DNA of 64,000 nucleotides from Haliotis cracherodii. Lineage: Eukaryota. Within the stretch, counting starts at the first letter, position 1. Every line of letters starts with the position of its first letter. The stretch is from NCBI RefSeq assembly GCF_022045235.1, contig NW_027266297.1, forward strand, positions 53,196,001 through 53,260,000. The letters are read 5' to 3'. The translations under genes were made by a program, and so were the position numbers. The notes beneath the pieces are model-generated. The model was not told the origin of the DNA, made no database searches, and worked only from the letters and a program-made list of their open reading frames with translations. Shown here one piece after another: positions 38,768 to 51,113 of the stretch.

Positions 38768-40610
38768 TGTTTGGGTTGACATCATCATGTACGTTTGATA
38801 GGTCATAGTTTTGATATTTGGGTTGCTCTATCATATGCGTAATAAATCGGAATTCGCAGACAGATTTATACGTTTCAATGAGATGAACGTGGAGGGAAAT
38901 ATAATCTCAACCTTACCGTGTATACGTACGTGTCAAGACGATCTTCTTAACATCTATTAATAGATGTGCTATTGGATTGCGACCAAATGGGTGCAATATG
39001 GTAACTGTTCACCAAAATCTAATAGTGACCCTATAGGCGAATTGCACTGTAAGTAAAGCGTGCGCACTGCTGGGATTTAGAGATGGCACTGTAACAGGAG
39101 GCATTGATGATAAGGGTGTAGCATAACAATTTGTTACATTGAATTGCAATATGATCATTAGGGTCATTTCTGTTTTGAACTTATGAGACGTTTTTCCAAC
39201 TATCACGAGTAGAGTTTGGAAGGGATTTGTTTGTTAATATGACAAGCCGTGATAATACCGTTAAACGGCGTTAAACCTCACTCACTCACTCACTCACTCA
39301 CTCACCTGACGGTAATTTGCTATTGAGTCCTAGTGTGTAAAAAGGTGGCTATGCTCTCAGCATAACACACTATTATATGACGCTATTTCGCGATAGCTTT
39401 AATAAACATTTACTGTATTTGTATAGTTAACTACATACATACAAAACACGAACGAAGTTCTTGTAATACAACACATACTTGGAAAAAGTACATGGGTCAC
39501 ATGGTTTATGCACATGTTTCTAAAGAGTGAGGCATAAAGAGACAACCCTGTCTTGCCGGAATTGCTTGTGTAATATAAGTAACCGCGGGGTGCATTATAT
39601 TTTTTTAAATGTGCAAACACGATCGCCTTTTGAAAGTCTCTATGTAATACTGTATATAAATATACCAAGGTCAGGTTGATAAGTTGAAGAACGAGGTGAA
39701 CTTGCCTGACGTAAATCTAAACGATTGAACTTTGCCCAATGTTTTCGACGGTGGTAATACCCAAACTCTGATGTAACGATCCATATATACATACAAGTAA
39801 TGTGTATGTATAGTCCTCTCAGCGTCGTCAGGGTCTAACTGCACCGCTGTTGGTGATTGTCTTGGTATCAAGTATCTTTACCCTCTGAGTCTGCTGTCGT
39901 TGTCAGAGTGTTCATTGTAAGTATGTATCACTCTATTATTTATTTTAACTGGATGTTTGTTTCATTAAGTAAATGTTTTACATAAGTTTCAATAATCTTT
40001 TATATCTACCACTACCCTACTATAGTCCAACTGATGAGACTACGTGGCAACTGCATAGACCTTTCAAACCTGAGACTCATGGAAATTCGCAGTCCAAGCA
40101 AATGTTTTTCAAATCCAAAACTTACAATCGTTAGATGTACATCAACGTAGCAGGTGATTACTCACAGATACTGAGTCCATCTATTCTGAAATACTTACTT
40201 TGCAACAATGTGTATTGTAAGCGTTGACTTTCTGCGAACCCAGCAATCTGCATAAACCAAATACTTGGCCAGATTTCAGGATACATTTCCTAACTTTGTT
40301 CTGTTTTATCTGAGTTTGTGGTTTTCCCTAGAAACTGATTTAAACCTTTTTTAACCAGGTATTTCACAAGTCACAAATATAGTATTAGGTAAATCATGTT
40401 AATCATATCAGGTAAAACATGCACCGGTCTTAAACAAAACTCATTCACACACTTCTATTGATTTATCTGAAACTAAAAGGCTTAAGTTTGCGTCAGTCAG
40501 ACATTAAATCTATCACCTAATATGCAAAAATGTCCACCTGAATCGGGGACTGGAATATGCATTGTTGATGTTCCAGAAAAAAAGGTACAGGGAAATCGAA
40601 ATGAGAAGCC

Positions 40611-42518
40611 ATGTTCACGACACGGAGTCTCCATACGCCCGTTAATCATATGGTAAGCATATCTTGACATCTGTTCATAGGAACGTAACATAAAATAAAA
40701 CGATTTGAGGGACACATCAAATTGTTGCGTTCCATTATTCCTTACAAAATCTACTGATGAAACGATTGATTTATCATATTCCTTAAGGCTTTCCAATGAA
40801 TCGCACATAATTTAGCATGTACATAGCGTGCTTACCCTTGATCTCATCGATATCTAATCCTGTAAAAGTAACATTGAGAATGAATGTGCCATATTTTTGT
40901 CTTCTAGACTTTGGCACTGTTCTCAGTCTTGGTAATAGCAGCACATGCAGGTAAATATATTATTCAACATTTTGTCCTACTGTTGTTACTTGATAAAGTA
41001 GTGAATAAAATCAATTATTATGGTATTATTATAAACTGAAAAAGTTAGGGATCATGAATAAAAAAAATTGTAGTGAAGAGTGAGCACTCAATTTTATAAA
41101 AAATATCACCCAAAATATTCATGATCCTTTTTTTTTATTAAGTATAGTTCAAGATAAATGTGTTCTATCTTACCATTACAGGCATTACCAGCGTACAGAG
41201 TTCCCGCTGTGTTAGATGGGATGGTGGTCAGTGTGTGGAGTGTTACTATGGGTGGTATGGTCGTCAGTGTGAGAGGACATGTACCAACTGCTGGACCACT
41301 GGGTGTTATAAGGATACGGGGATCTGTGAACAGTGTGTGCCGGGTAGATACGGAAGACACTGTAACACTAGATGTCCTGACAACTGTAGACCGGGTAGGG
41401 ACGGGACTGTGAACTGTGATCGTTATAGTGGGAGATGTCAGGAGGGGTGTAAGAAAGGTTGGTGGGGAGACACGTGTGATGACCAATGTAATAGTAACTG
41501 TGAGGGTGGAGCATGCCATCAAACATCAGGTCATTGTATCGGTGACTGCAGGGCGGGATGGCATGGCCAAAGCTGTCATAAAAGATGTTCTGTTGGTTGT
41601 GTAAATGATATATGCGCATGTATAACAGGGAAATGTCAGGACGGGTGCAAGCCTGGGTATTTTGGTGAAACGTGTGAAGAAGAATGTGATGCCAACTGTA
41701 TGGATGGTGAGTGTGATATGAACGGGAGGTGCGTCAAAGGTTGTGAAGACGGGTTTAGAGGCAACACTTGTCATGAAACATGCCCGATAAACTGCTTGAT
41801 ATGTGAACAAGACACGGGAAGCTGTACAAAATGTAAAATGAGATGGACTGGAATTTCCTGTACTGACAGAACAACATCAGAGAATGGCCAAAATCCCCTG
41901 ATTAAATTACAAAATTCTCAAGATTCACCCATAGGTATGTGCATGTACAAATCATTAATATAAATGTTACAACTTAACCTTATTTATTAGCAACAGCTAG
42001 TTATTAACAATTTATTGCAAACCATATCTTATTCAATAATCTTTTACCCAATCCTATAGAGCAATAATATGTATGTGTTAGGAAAAAGCACAGATAACGT
42101 GAAGGAATCCTGTCAAATAACGACATTTGCCATTTGCTGAAATGACAAGTGCATCTGTTATTTATGTATATATAGTACCTTATGTCCCCCTACCCTTGTT
42201 TCAGGTGTTGGATGCAAGACAAGCTGCGGTGACGCATTGCTACTCATGGTTTCTGTTATGGTTACTTTATCGACAAACATTGATGTTTCATATTACATTG
42301 GTATAGTAGCCAACATATTTATAGGTTATTTTCTTGGAATACAGAAGCTTTTACAATCGGAAATACGACGCATGTCTAAAGAGAGCACATCATGGTTATA
42401 CACTGGTTATACACATATTTGTAAATTGGCGGTTCCAAAGGCCGTCAATATCAAGTGTACATCCAGCACAGACCAGTTAAACATTGTCAACGAAACTAAT
42501 CAATGTTCTCATGTATAA
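40611..42518 (+). CDS. Gene 4: multiple-EGF-like cell-surface protein with an extended, two-hydrophobic-segment C-terminus
   Basis: Predicted exons: 40611-40652 (MFTTRSLHTPVNHM|gtaagc; start could be ATG 40650; homologous to the first coding exon of gene 7), 40908-40950 (TLALFSVLVIAAHA), 41182-41934 (EGF repeats|gtatgt), 42205-42518 (GVGCKTSCGDALLLMVSVMVTLST...YYIGIVANIFIGYFLGIQK...*). UTR exon donor at 39917. Confidence 0.78.
42425..42449 (+). promoter_or_regulatory. Conserved RNA stem-loop in the last exon (paralogous copies at 48627-48651, 54497-54522, 63963-63987)
   Basis: AUUGGCGGUU-CCAAA-GGCCGUCAAU forms a 10-bp stem with three G-U pairs. The gene 6 copy carries two compensatory pair changes. 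Confidence 0.6.
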
Positions 42519-45500
42519 ATTTTGCTGTAACAGTTGATATCATATCATGTAATGTCTGAGTGTGTCTGATTAGATAGGCAGCACTACAGCTGCAGTGTGC
42601 ATGACTGTCTATGTGTGCATATGATCAGTCACCATGTCACTGGCCGCATGTTTTGTTCTGAAATGTTTTTCTGTGTCAACTCTACGATACACATCTGTGA
42701 TATTTGTGATGAATGTTGTTTTATAGTTTTAAGGTAGTCGTAATGTAATGTCTACTTTGATCTCATTTACACAACCATGTATGATTTTGTGTGGGAGAAA
42801 TAACAAAATGCTCAAAGCCTTATCACCGCAATGTAAAATACAAGCACTGTTTAATATTGGGATAGCAAGTCACGTGTGTAGGATTTCATTACTCTGAAAA
42901 TAAAGATATTTTTTTAAAAACACCTTGCTGAAGTCACTATTAGCTCGTAATTTCACCACCTTGAAAGGCAAGATGATTTCTGTCATTTTGTTGAATGTTG
43001 TCCAATGTGTAATCCGCATCTCAGACTGGTGCTTTTATCTGTTTACTGGAGTGTGTAAAATTATACTCCAAGCCAGAATGTTTTCATATTCATGTTTTGC
43101 ATGTGGCAGTTTGGAATCTTAACTCAACATAAAGTTTGTTCAGAAAATGGTGATTTTATACCTCTTGAATCAATCCAATATCAAATGACCGCTTCAGTGC
43201 ATTTCTGGGGACACTTTGTTGTGTAAACATTGTGTAATATGAATGAATATATAAAATATTTACTGTGTTTATTTTTTCAAATATTGCTTCATACTTATAT
43301 GATGCTATACTCAGTGTATGAATACTCGAACTAATGTGCATGAAAGCTGTCACACCTAGTACCAACGATTTGAATGACACTTAGCCTATACCTACATTGT
43401 ATATCATGCAACTCTAGGATCCTGACATACCTCAGATCATCATGAATGGCGAACACCTCTGTTCAGTCATGTCCTTGTTGTGATTATTTTGACCCTGAAA
43501 ATTTGTCACTGACACCATAACACATTATACCTCTTCATTTTGCTACTCCTTGTCTGCTAATTTTGCTTTATGGCCAAAAATATCCGTATTGCGTTTCTGT
43601 TTTTGAAGAGTATATATGGATGGACCATTGAAATCAGTGATGACATCAGGTGTTCGCAAAAACGGTAAGCATGCCCTGCCCTACCGGTAGCAAGCGCCAG
43701 TAATAAAATTAAAAAAGTGTCTGTCTGTAAACAAACCTTACAATCAAGTGATCGATGAACCAAAACATCCAGAAACACGAGAGTACCATACTGATTTTGT
43801 TGAAACTAATAAAAACGATATGTGAATTATTAATTACGTCAGCTGTGCACAAGTGCAGATATTTTGCTGCTTATAAGTAAAGAAAAACGGTAAGAAATAT
43901 GTTCGTTTTGCAACACAGTGGGCGCAGTTTTAAAGTCTCATTAAAACACTCCTCACGGCAAAGATATGTAACTTCATAGTATTTGTGCCGTCTAAGACAT
44001 TTCAATTAGGCAACCAGCAATTCCACGTTAAGTAACCAATACCCTGAGGAGTTACCAATCCCTTTAAATGAGGTTGCAAGTACTTGCTAATGACCTGAAC
44101 AGGGAGAATTCGGGGCCCTGAAAGCCAACTGTCTGTCTTGTCCTGAATCTGTTCAATGAAAGTGTATCTGGACTTGGTATCACCTGTTTGGTCGGACAGG
44201 AAAGCTTTTGTCAGGCGATCTTCTTGTAGTCGGACATCTCTGAGTCGAACACCTCTCAGTGTGCAATTACATATGCAGCTGATTGCCGTCCCTCCCAGGC
44301 GGGATACATCGTGTTTTATTAAGATCACGCGAACCAATCAGATCTCATCATTCTGAGGTATGATAATTACGTATGCACGTAATACATAAAGTATATACAT
44401 AAATATACATAGATACGTGTATATGGACAAAGTAAATATATGTCGAACATGACATAAATTGATTGACGGTGATTGATAAACATAACATTTAATAATATGC
44501 ATAGGACAATTTGCATATGATTGAATAGTTTTGAATTCACCCTGTCTAATTACACTACCAGAGTAAGTATTCACACACAATACAGTGTACGTCAGTCTTG
44601 ATACATATTCCAACGTGCAAGATCATAACATAGTTCAACATGATTGACATAATCTATTCACAACAGTATTACAAAGAAAATATTAAAATGTACCTATAGG
44701 TATGACATGTTCAAATAACCAAACTAATTGCATATATTTAAGATTTAAAACAGTAACACATTGTAGACATTTGCTTACCTGAGAGAATAAATATATAGTC
44801 AACCACAGAGCGCAGATGATCGAGATTTCTGGTTAAAATTCGTAGGAAGTTTTTATTGTGAAGTTTAGTTAATTCATCTCAACAGAATTGTATAAATCAC
44901 ATTTAATCCGTAGTAGATCGTTGATATTGGGACGTTATCTGTTTCTCATCTCCCGCCCCTGTAAATTCCCCTGAAGCTGTTTCAATTTCTAAATACATAC
45001 CACATGGTATTTGCATGACGCTATTTGAAAATATAGCCATCAATTTTCACAATTGAATTTAATTTTGAAAATCACTATCGAATGTATAGAATGAAACTCT
45101 GAAACTCTTTTAAAGGAACATTGGAATAAAACTGAACTGTATTTGACAAAACTATATAGAACTTGATCATGAACCCACATTGAATTAATTTTTTTTTCAC
45201 CTGATAGTAGGTCGTTTTAAAATTAATTCTTGGTTTCCGACTCCAAAAATACCGTTCTGCGCACAGCCACCACTTGCAGCTTGGGTTGGCATACTGCAAC
45301 AGGAAGATCAAATTCAGTTAAGACCGGTGTTACGACGTAAATTGCGGACACTGTTTAAATACGCACGTGCCCTTCGTTGCTTTCTTGAATTCCGAAACAC
45401 GCCATGGCCATGGGAGTCACGAAGATAGAATTGGTCCAAAATACCATATTCTTGGATGAAGCGGTCAGACTCGGTGACTTGGGTTATTACGTATCATCGC

Positions 45501-45774
45501 ACCCCAACGACGATGGCCCTTTCTCCTAATGTCAACCTCTGGTTTGCCTGGCCCAGATTCGATTATTTGCAAAATGAATGAAAATAAATGAAATATTGTT
45601 GAACTATATTAACTCAGTCGCTCACTTTGTAAAAGCATAATTTATGACTTATTGTTTATAAATGAGTATTTTGAAGACTTTGCTCAAATAGATTGCCATA
45701 GGACTAGTGACATAACAGGAAAACCTTTCTACAGTCTAAATTGAAAGTTCTTGTATGCAATGGTAGCATGTATA

Positions 45775-45960
45775 TCAACGATGTTGTATAGGTGTGAAGT
45801 ACGGGGAAATATCTGGTGCCAGACCGCATTTTTTTAGAAACTTGGTGAAAATGAATGGGGTGACAACTGTAGGATGGTGTTTGTGATATGAATGGAAGGT
45901 GCGTCTAAGCTTTATAGACGGGCAACACTTGTTACAAAAAGCTCAATTAATAGCTTGTAT
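45775..45960 (+). pseudogene. Decayed relic of an EGF exon
   Basis: CAACTGTAGGATGGTGTTTGTGATATGAATGGAAGGTGCGTC..GACGGGCAACACTTGT aligns by eye to gene 4 at 41690-41800, with indels. Confidence 0.65.
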
Positions 45961-47063
45961 ATATTTGTATATATGTTTAATCACTAATACCTATGGATGA
46001 TGAGTCTTGAAGTTGTTATTATGGAACCAAGGGACCTTTGCCATTTTCTAGTGGTGGTCTTTTCAGTACAAAGAAATCCAGCCCATCTCATTGTAGTCCA
46101 GCTCCCGTGCCATATTCATACAGCAAACAGTTAATCGGCAGGTTTCATGACAAGTCTTGCCTCTAAAACCAGTCTACACAACCTTTAACTTTATAACCAT
46201 GGGAAGCAACTCTGCAAAGCTAATCGCCTTAAACGACTAAGACGCCCGTGCCCCCTACACATTAAAACCTTATACACATATAGTACGTCCGTGTGGGAAC
46301 AGCGAGTGCTTATTAAGCGCAAATCCTCATTCTTATAGATCAAACAGATACCGTTTTTGCCAGGAGAACATAAGGCTAAACATAGTGTATTGTCTCGGCT
46401 ACAAATGTACTATATTTGATAGTGCGGCAAGATCCTCACAAAACACCACGACCTGTTTAACGCCGGGTAACATGATGAACCTAATTGTTAGACTGTGACC
46501 CTGTTAAATACCTGCTTAAAAAGCTTTTATTAAGTCAGTTTTTACAAGCTCGGTGAGGTAGCGCTAAATTTCATGGAAAACAATATATAGTATGTTCAGA
46601 ATAGATAGAACATAATCTTCAGAGTTTCCCTAAGAAAGAATGTTAAATGGACATAAATAATGTCCCCGTGTTTGTCTTAACATTTGACAGTATTTTGTCG
46701 GAACAATATACACATGGACACATGCTGGGCCACACGCTATTGTGATACACTAGCAGCATTTATAAACACTATGCTTCAAAAATAGGTTGACAAATAAAGA
46801 TTGAGGTATTAAGAAACAAACCCTGTCTTGCTTGAAATCCAGAAATAAAGGTACTGGATAATAGAAATGAGAAGCCATATGGTAGTTAATTATGTTGTAC
46901 GCGTAATTTCATCTCTGGTCACTAAGCTGTTAACGTTTTTATGTTCGATTTGAGCCACACATGTCGAGTTAAATTATTGCGTTCCATCATTATCATTCCT
47001 TACATGAATGTTTTTGTTGTTGAAACTTTAGTTTTGTGGTTGATTTTGGTTTTACCATTGCAG

Positions 47064-48600
47064 GTGCTTCCAAGATACACAGTCCCCACTGTGCTGAGTG
47101 TGTAGAATGTCACTACGGGTGGTTTGGGCGTCAGTGGGAGCGAAAATGTGACAGCAACTGCTGGATCACTGGGTGTTATAAGGGTGTAGACGAGTTTAGG
47201 GGCAACCCTTGTCATGAAACATGCCCGATTAACTGCTTGATGTGTGAGCAAGACACAGGGAGTTGTACTGAATGTAAAATGAGTGGATTGGAATTGCATT
47301 TGCAGAGCAATATCAGAAAATGGCCAAAGTCCCCTGATTCCATCACAGAGTGTTCAAGATTCACCCATAGGTATGTGCATGTACATATCATCAAATATGT
47401 TGTAACCAAACCTGATTTATTTGCAACAGTTAGTAAATAATAATGTGTATTAACTACTTCAGTGTGAAAGACTGAAGTTGAGAAAAGTGATATTATCATT
47501 GCAGTGAACATAACACTTGATATTTCACCACGGTGAATATAACACTTCATATTTCACTGCAATGAACATAACATTTTGACGGGAATATTGTCATACAATA
47601 GTTACCTCCCCTCAAATTGTCTCCATTCATCAAGTGTCTGGCGCGTCCAAAATAGTTGACTTCCTTATTACGTTAGTACCACATTGACAAGGCAAAACAA
47701 TGACAGGCGGTCATTTATGGAGTTAATATCGTTCCTTGCCGTTTGTTATTCTCATGAAAATGATGCGTTATAAACTGCAAATTTCTAATTTAACTCGTGA
47801 ATCGCGACTGTCGGTTTCGCAAAGCTCCATTTTTGTTACATGACCACCCCGTATATTCTTTCGCTTCCAACAGCGGTCTCGGAGTTATCAAGAATATGTT
47901 TTGTTAAAATTGTTTTTGTATATATTCATAATTATCCAAATGTATGATAAAGAATGTCAATGACCTCAATTTTTTTATTACTTTTGGTTATATTTTGTAA
48001 GATTTTGCAAACTCGGAACTACTTTTTGAGTCGCAATTCCAAGGGTTGGTGAACAATGCGTTTTAGGTAGGGAGAATTTACGTTTCAACGTTTGTATTTG
48101 CATTGAAAAATAATTCCGGAAGACAACTAAACATAAAGTATATAATAAATAGGATATTCCATGTGTCTCGTGACACATTGTTACCTTCATCGACTGACGG
48201 TGAAAAGGTGATACATGTATTTTCACGAGTGGTGTGATTTACTTTCAATAGTTAGTAAATAACAACTTATAGCTAAAATATATTTTTTCGATAATGACTG
48301 TTAGGGCAGTTATATCTATTTGCGGGTAAAACAGTGACAACGTGAAGGAATGTTTTAATATTTATACGCAGCATTTACTGAAATGCATCTAATGTTTAGA
48401 TATATTGCTTTGTGTATTGGTACCTTATGTATCCCTTCCTTATTTCAGGTGTTGGGTGCAGATCTCTGTAATGATTACTCTATCCACAAACATTAGTTGT
48501 ATTGATGTCGTAACTAAGTTATTTATCGCATCTGTTCTTGTAATACAGAAGGCGGTCAGCATCGGAAATACAACATATCTCTAAAGATTGCTACCCATTG
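47064..48600 (+). pseudogene. Gene 5: chimeric, internally deleted EGF-family pseudogene
   Basis: EGF exon 47064-47370 keeps both splice sites but has lost most repeats, has a Cys-to-Trp change and a frameshift. Last exon from 48449 has a deletion and early stop (GVGCRSL*). First-exon relic at about 46840-46885. Confidence 0.8.
47441..48249. mobile_element. Unclassified insertion (probable MITE) in the gene 5 intron
   Basis: Absent from the paralogous intron of gene 4. Flanked by the direct repeat AGTTAGTAAATAA. Confidence 0.55.
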
Positions 48601-49112
48601 TTATACGCTGGTTCCTATATTTGTAAACTGGCGGTTCCAAGGGCCATCAATATCATGTGTAAATCCAGCACAGATCACTTACCTATTTTCAAGAAACGTA
48701 GCTAACTCAATGGTCTCTTGTTCAAATTTTGCTGTAAATATTGGAGGACAGTTGATATCCGTTCATCTAATGTTAGAGTCACTATTAGCTCGTTGCTCCA
48801 CCAGCTTGAAAAGCGAGATGATTTCTGCCATTTTGTTGAATGTTGTCCAATGTGGAATCCACACATCTCAGACTTGGCACACCAATACACCTTTGAGAGT
48901 GCCCACATTAATATCATTTGGTATTATTGGTTACTGGTTTAAATCTAACCCGGTGTTTGATGTGCAGTGAACATATGTGTTCAGTAATCGTTTAAGTGTC
49001 TTTACAATAACATTTTTATGTTTAGGATTTGGCAATTTGGAATACAACACAACAGAAAGTGTGTTCAGAGAATGGCGATTATATATCTCTTAAATCAATC
49101 CTTTATCAAATG

Positions 49113-49277
49113 GGGGCGGTTGGGTAGCCTAGTGGTTCAAGCGTTCGCTCGTCACGCCGAGGACCCGGGTTCGATTCCCGACATGGGTACAATGTTTTAA
49201 GCCCATTTCTGGTGTCCACCACCGTGATGTTGCTGGAATATTGCTAAAAGCGGCGTAATACCAAACTCACCCTCTCA
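49113..49277 (+). mobile_element. Full-length tRNA-derived SINE family B
   Basis: A/B boxes; perfect 13-bp TSD CCTTTATCAAATG (49100-49112, 49278-49290). Confidence 0.92.
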
Positions 49278-50897
49278 CCTTTATCAAATGACCTGGACAA
49301 GGAACACCTGCCTTTGTACGCTTCAGTGCATTTCAGGGGACAGCGATGTGTAAACATTTTGTAATATGAATGCATATCTATTCTATGTACTGTCTGAATG
49401 TTTTCAAATATTCCTCCCAAGTGGTTAGGATGTGATATGATCGAATATCCTGAATACTCGCACTAGTGTACATATTTTAAGTGTGCATAAAAGTTGATAC
49501 AGTCACGACGAGTGACAAAGATTTGAATGACACTTCGTAAAACCATATGATCCTGGCACAACTTAGATCTTCTTTATAGGCCAATTGGTCGGTACAGCCT
49601 TATCAACCGGATTAATTTATAGTGATAGGATAGGATAAATAATACATATTATAAACACTCCTTTCGGAAAAGAAAATTTGACATATAAATTAATAACAAT
49701 TGAGTCGTCTGTGACATTTTTATTGAGCACCCATGGGGGCTTTGATTCACGGAAAGACTTGGACATATAGTAATGCTTACCCGGGGAATTACCAAGCCCT
49801 TTTAAATGCGATTGCAGGTCCTTGATAAAGATCTGAACAAGGTGCATTCGGGGAACTGAAAGCCAGATCCTTCTCCAATGCAGGTTGACCTGCACTCGGT
49901 ACCACCCTTATATCAGGCGATATCATTGCACTGGCATTTGCAGTTTATTGTTGTGTCAGTGTCAGACAACGACGATACACCAGTTACCCTCTGTGTGAAG
50001 TGTTCCTCAAACTGCGGGGTTGCTTGGGCTGGATGTCAGTGGCGAGAAGTTCATGTATAAATCCTCTGTCAGTAACTGGTGCTGCCGCAGACTGTCTATC
50101 TGCTTGACAAATATCCTGGCGTGGCCTGTACCAGGAAATTTAGGTACCAAGTTCTCTACATATACAATACTAGCAGGCTGTGGTTGAGGTGGCACACTGT
50201 TGATCTCGACTGACAGATCACTATCTGTGTTGATACCAGATGTATAATGGTCGTTAGATCATCGAATGGTTCGACAAAGTCGCTGGTGTTGTTGCCTGAT
50301 CATGTTGTTACGTCGGGTGACTCGTCAGGGTCTTGCTGCTTGTGTTGTAATTAGTGGGTTGGTGTAGGCCGATTTTGGTTCTCCGCCACTTTTGAACCAG
50401 AGAGATGGGGAATCAACTCATTAAGTAGAGGTACCACTGTACACGATCAGTTTTTGTCCACTTTTTTATGTTAACAATAGTATAAGCAATAAAGATGTTG
50501 ACTGCATATCTGTTCTCCGTGTAATAAAAATTACATATACACAGCTGAAACACTCCCATTTACTCAAATAACATAATGACAACACAGCCATTTACCCAAT
50601 TACACAATAACATAAATAAAAACCCAGCATCAAAATTTAAATGGTTCTTAACATTATTAGCTCATACTTGCATCATACAACATGCCTTTATCTGACGGGC
50701 TAACGTCCTATTATCATTGATACTATTCTTAACAATGAAATGATATAATCACGTGTACATAAAGTGTACATCAATTCTGTCTTTCCTTCCCCAACAACAC
50801 AGCATGCGCCCACGCCGTTAAATAAGTGAAATACTGTTCAAAGCCGCGTTAAACCTATTCAAATTAGGGTCAGAATGCTATTTATCAAATGCCTGCA

Positions 50898-51113
50898 NNN
50901 NNNNNNNNNNNNNNNNNNNNNNNNNNNNNNNNNNNNNNNNNNNNNNNNNNNNNNNNNNNNNNNNNNNNNNNNNNNNNNNNNNNNNNNNNNNNNNNNNNNN
51001 NNNNNNNNNNNNNNNNNNNNNNNNNNNNNNNNNNNNNNNNNNNNNNNNNNNNNNNNNNNNNNNNNNNNNNNNNNNNNNNNNNNNNNNNNNNNNNNNNNNN
51101 NNNNNNNNNNNNN
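50898..51113. other. Assembly gap (216 N)
   Basis: Run of N. Confidence 1.

Noticed and set aside
41390-41410. Integrin-binding RGD in the variable loop
   Set aside because: The sequence is GRDG/ARDG, not RGD.
42400-42460. SECIS, IRE or histone stem-loop identity for the conserved hairpin
   Set aside because: No RUGA/GA quartet and no in-frame UGA in the EGF exons; no CAGUG loop; does not fit the 6-bp/4-nt histone consensus.
49113-49185. tRNA-Asp-like sequence
   Set aside because: It is the head of a multi-copy SINE with body, tail and TSD, not a tRNA gene.
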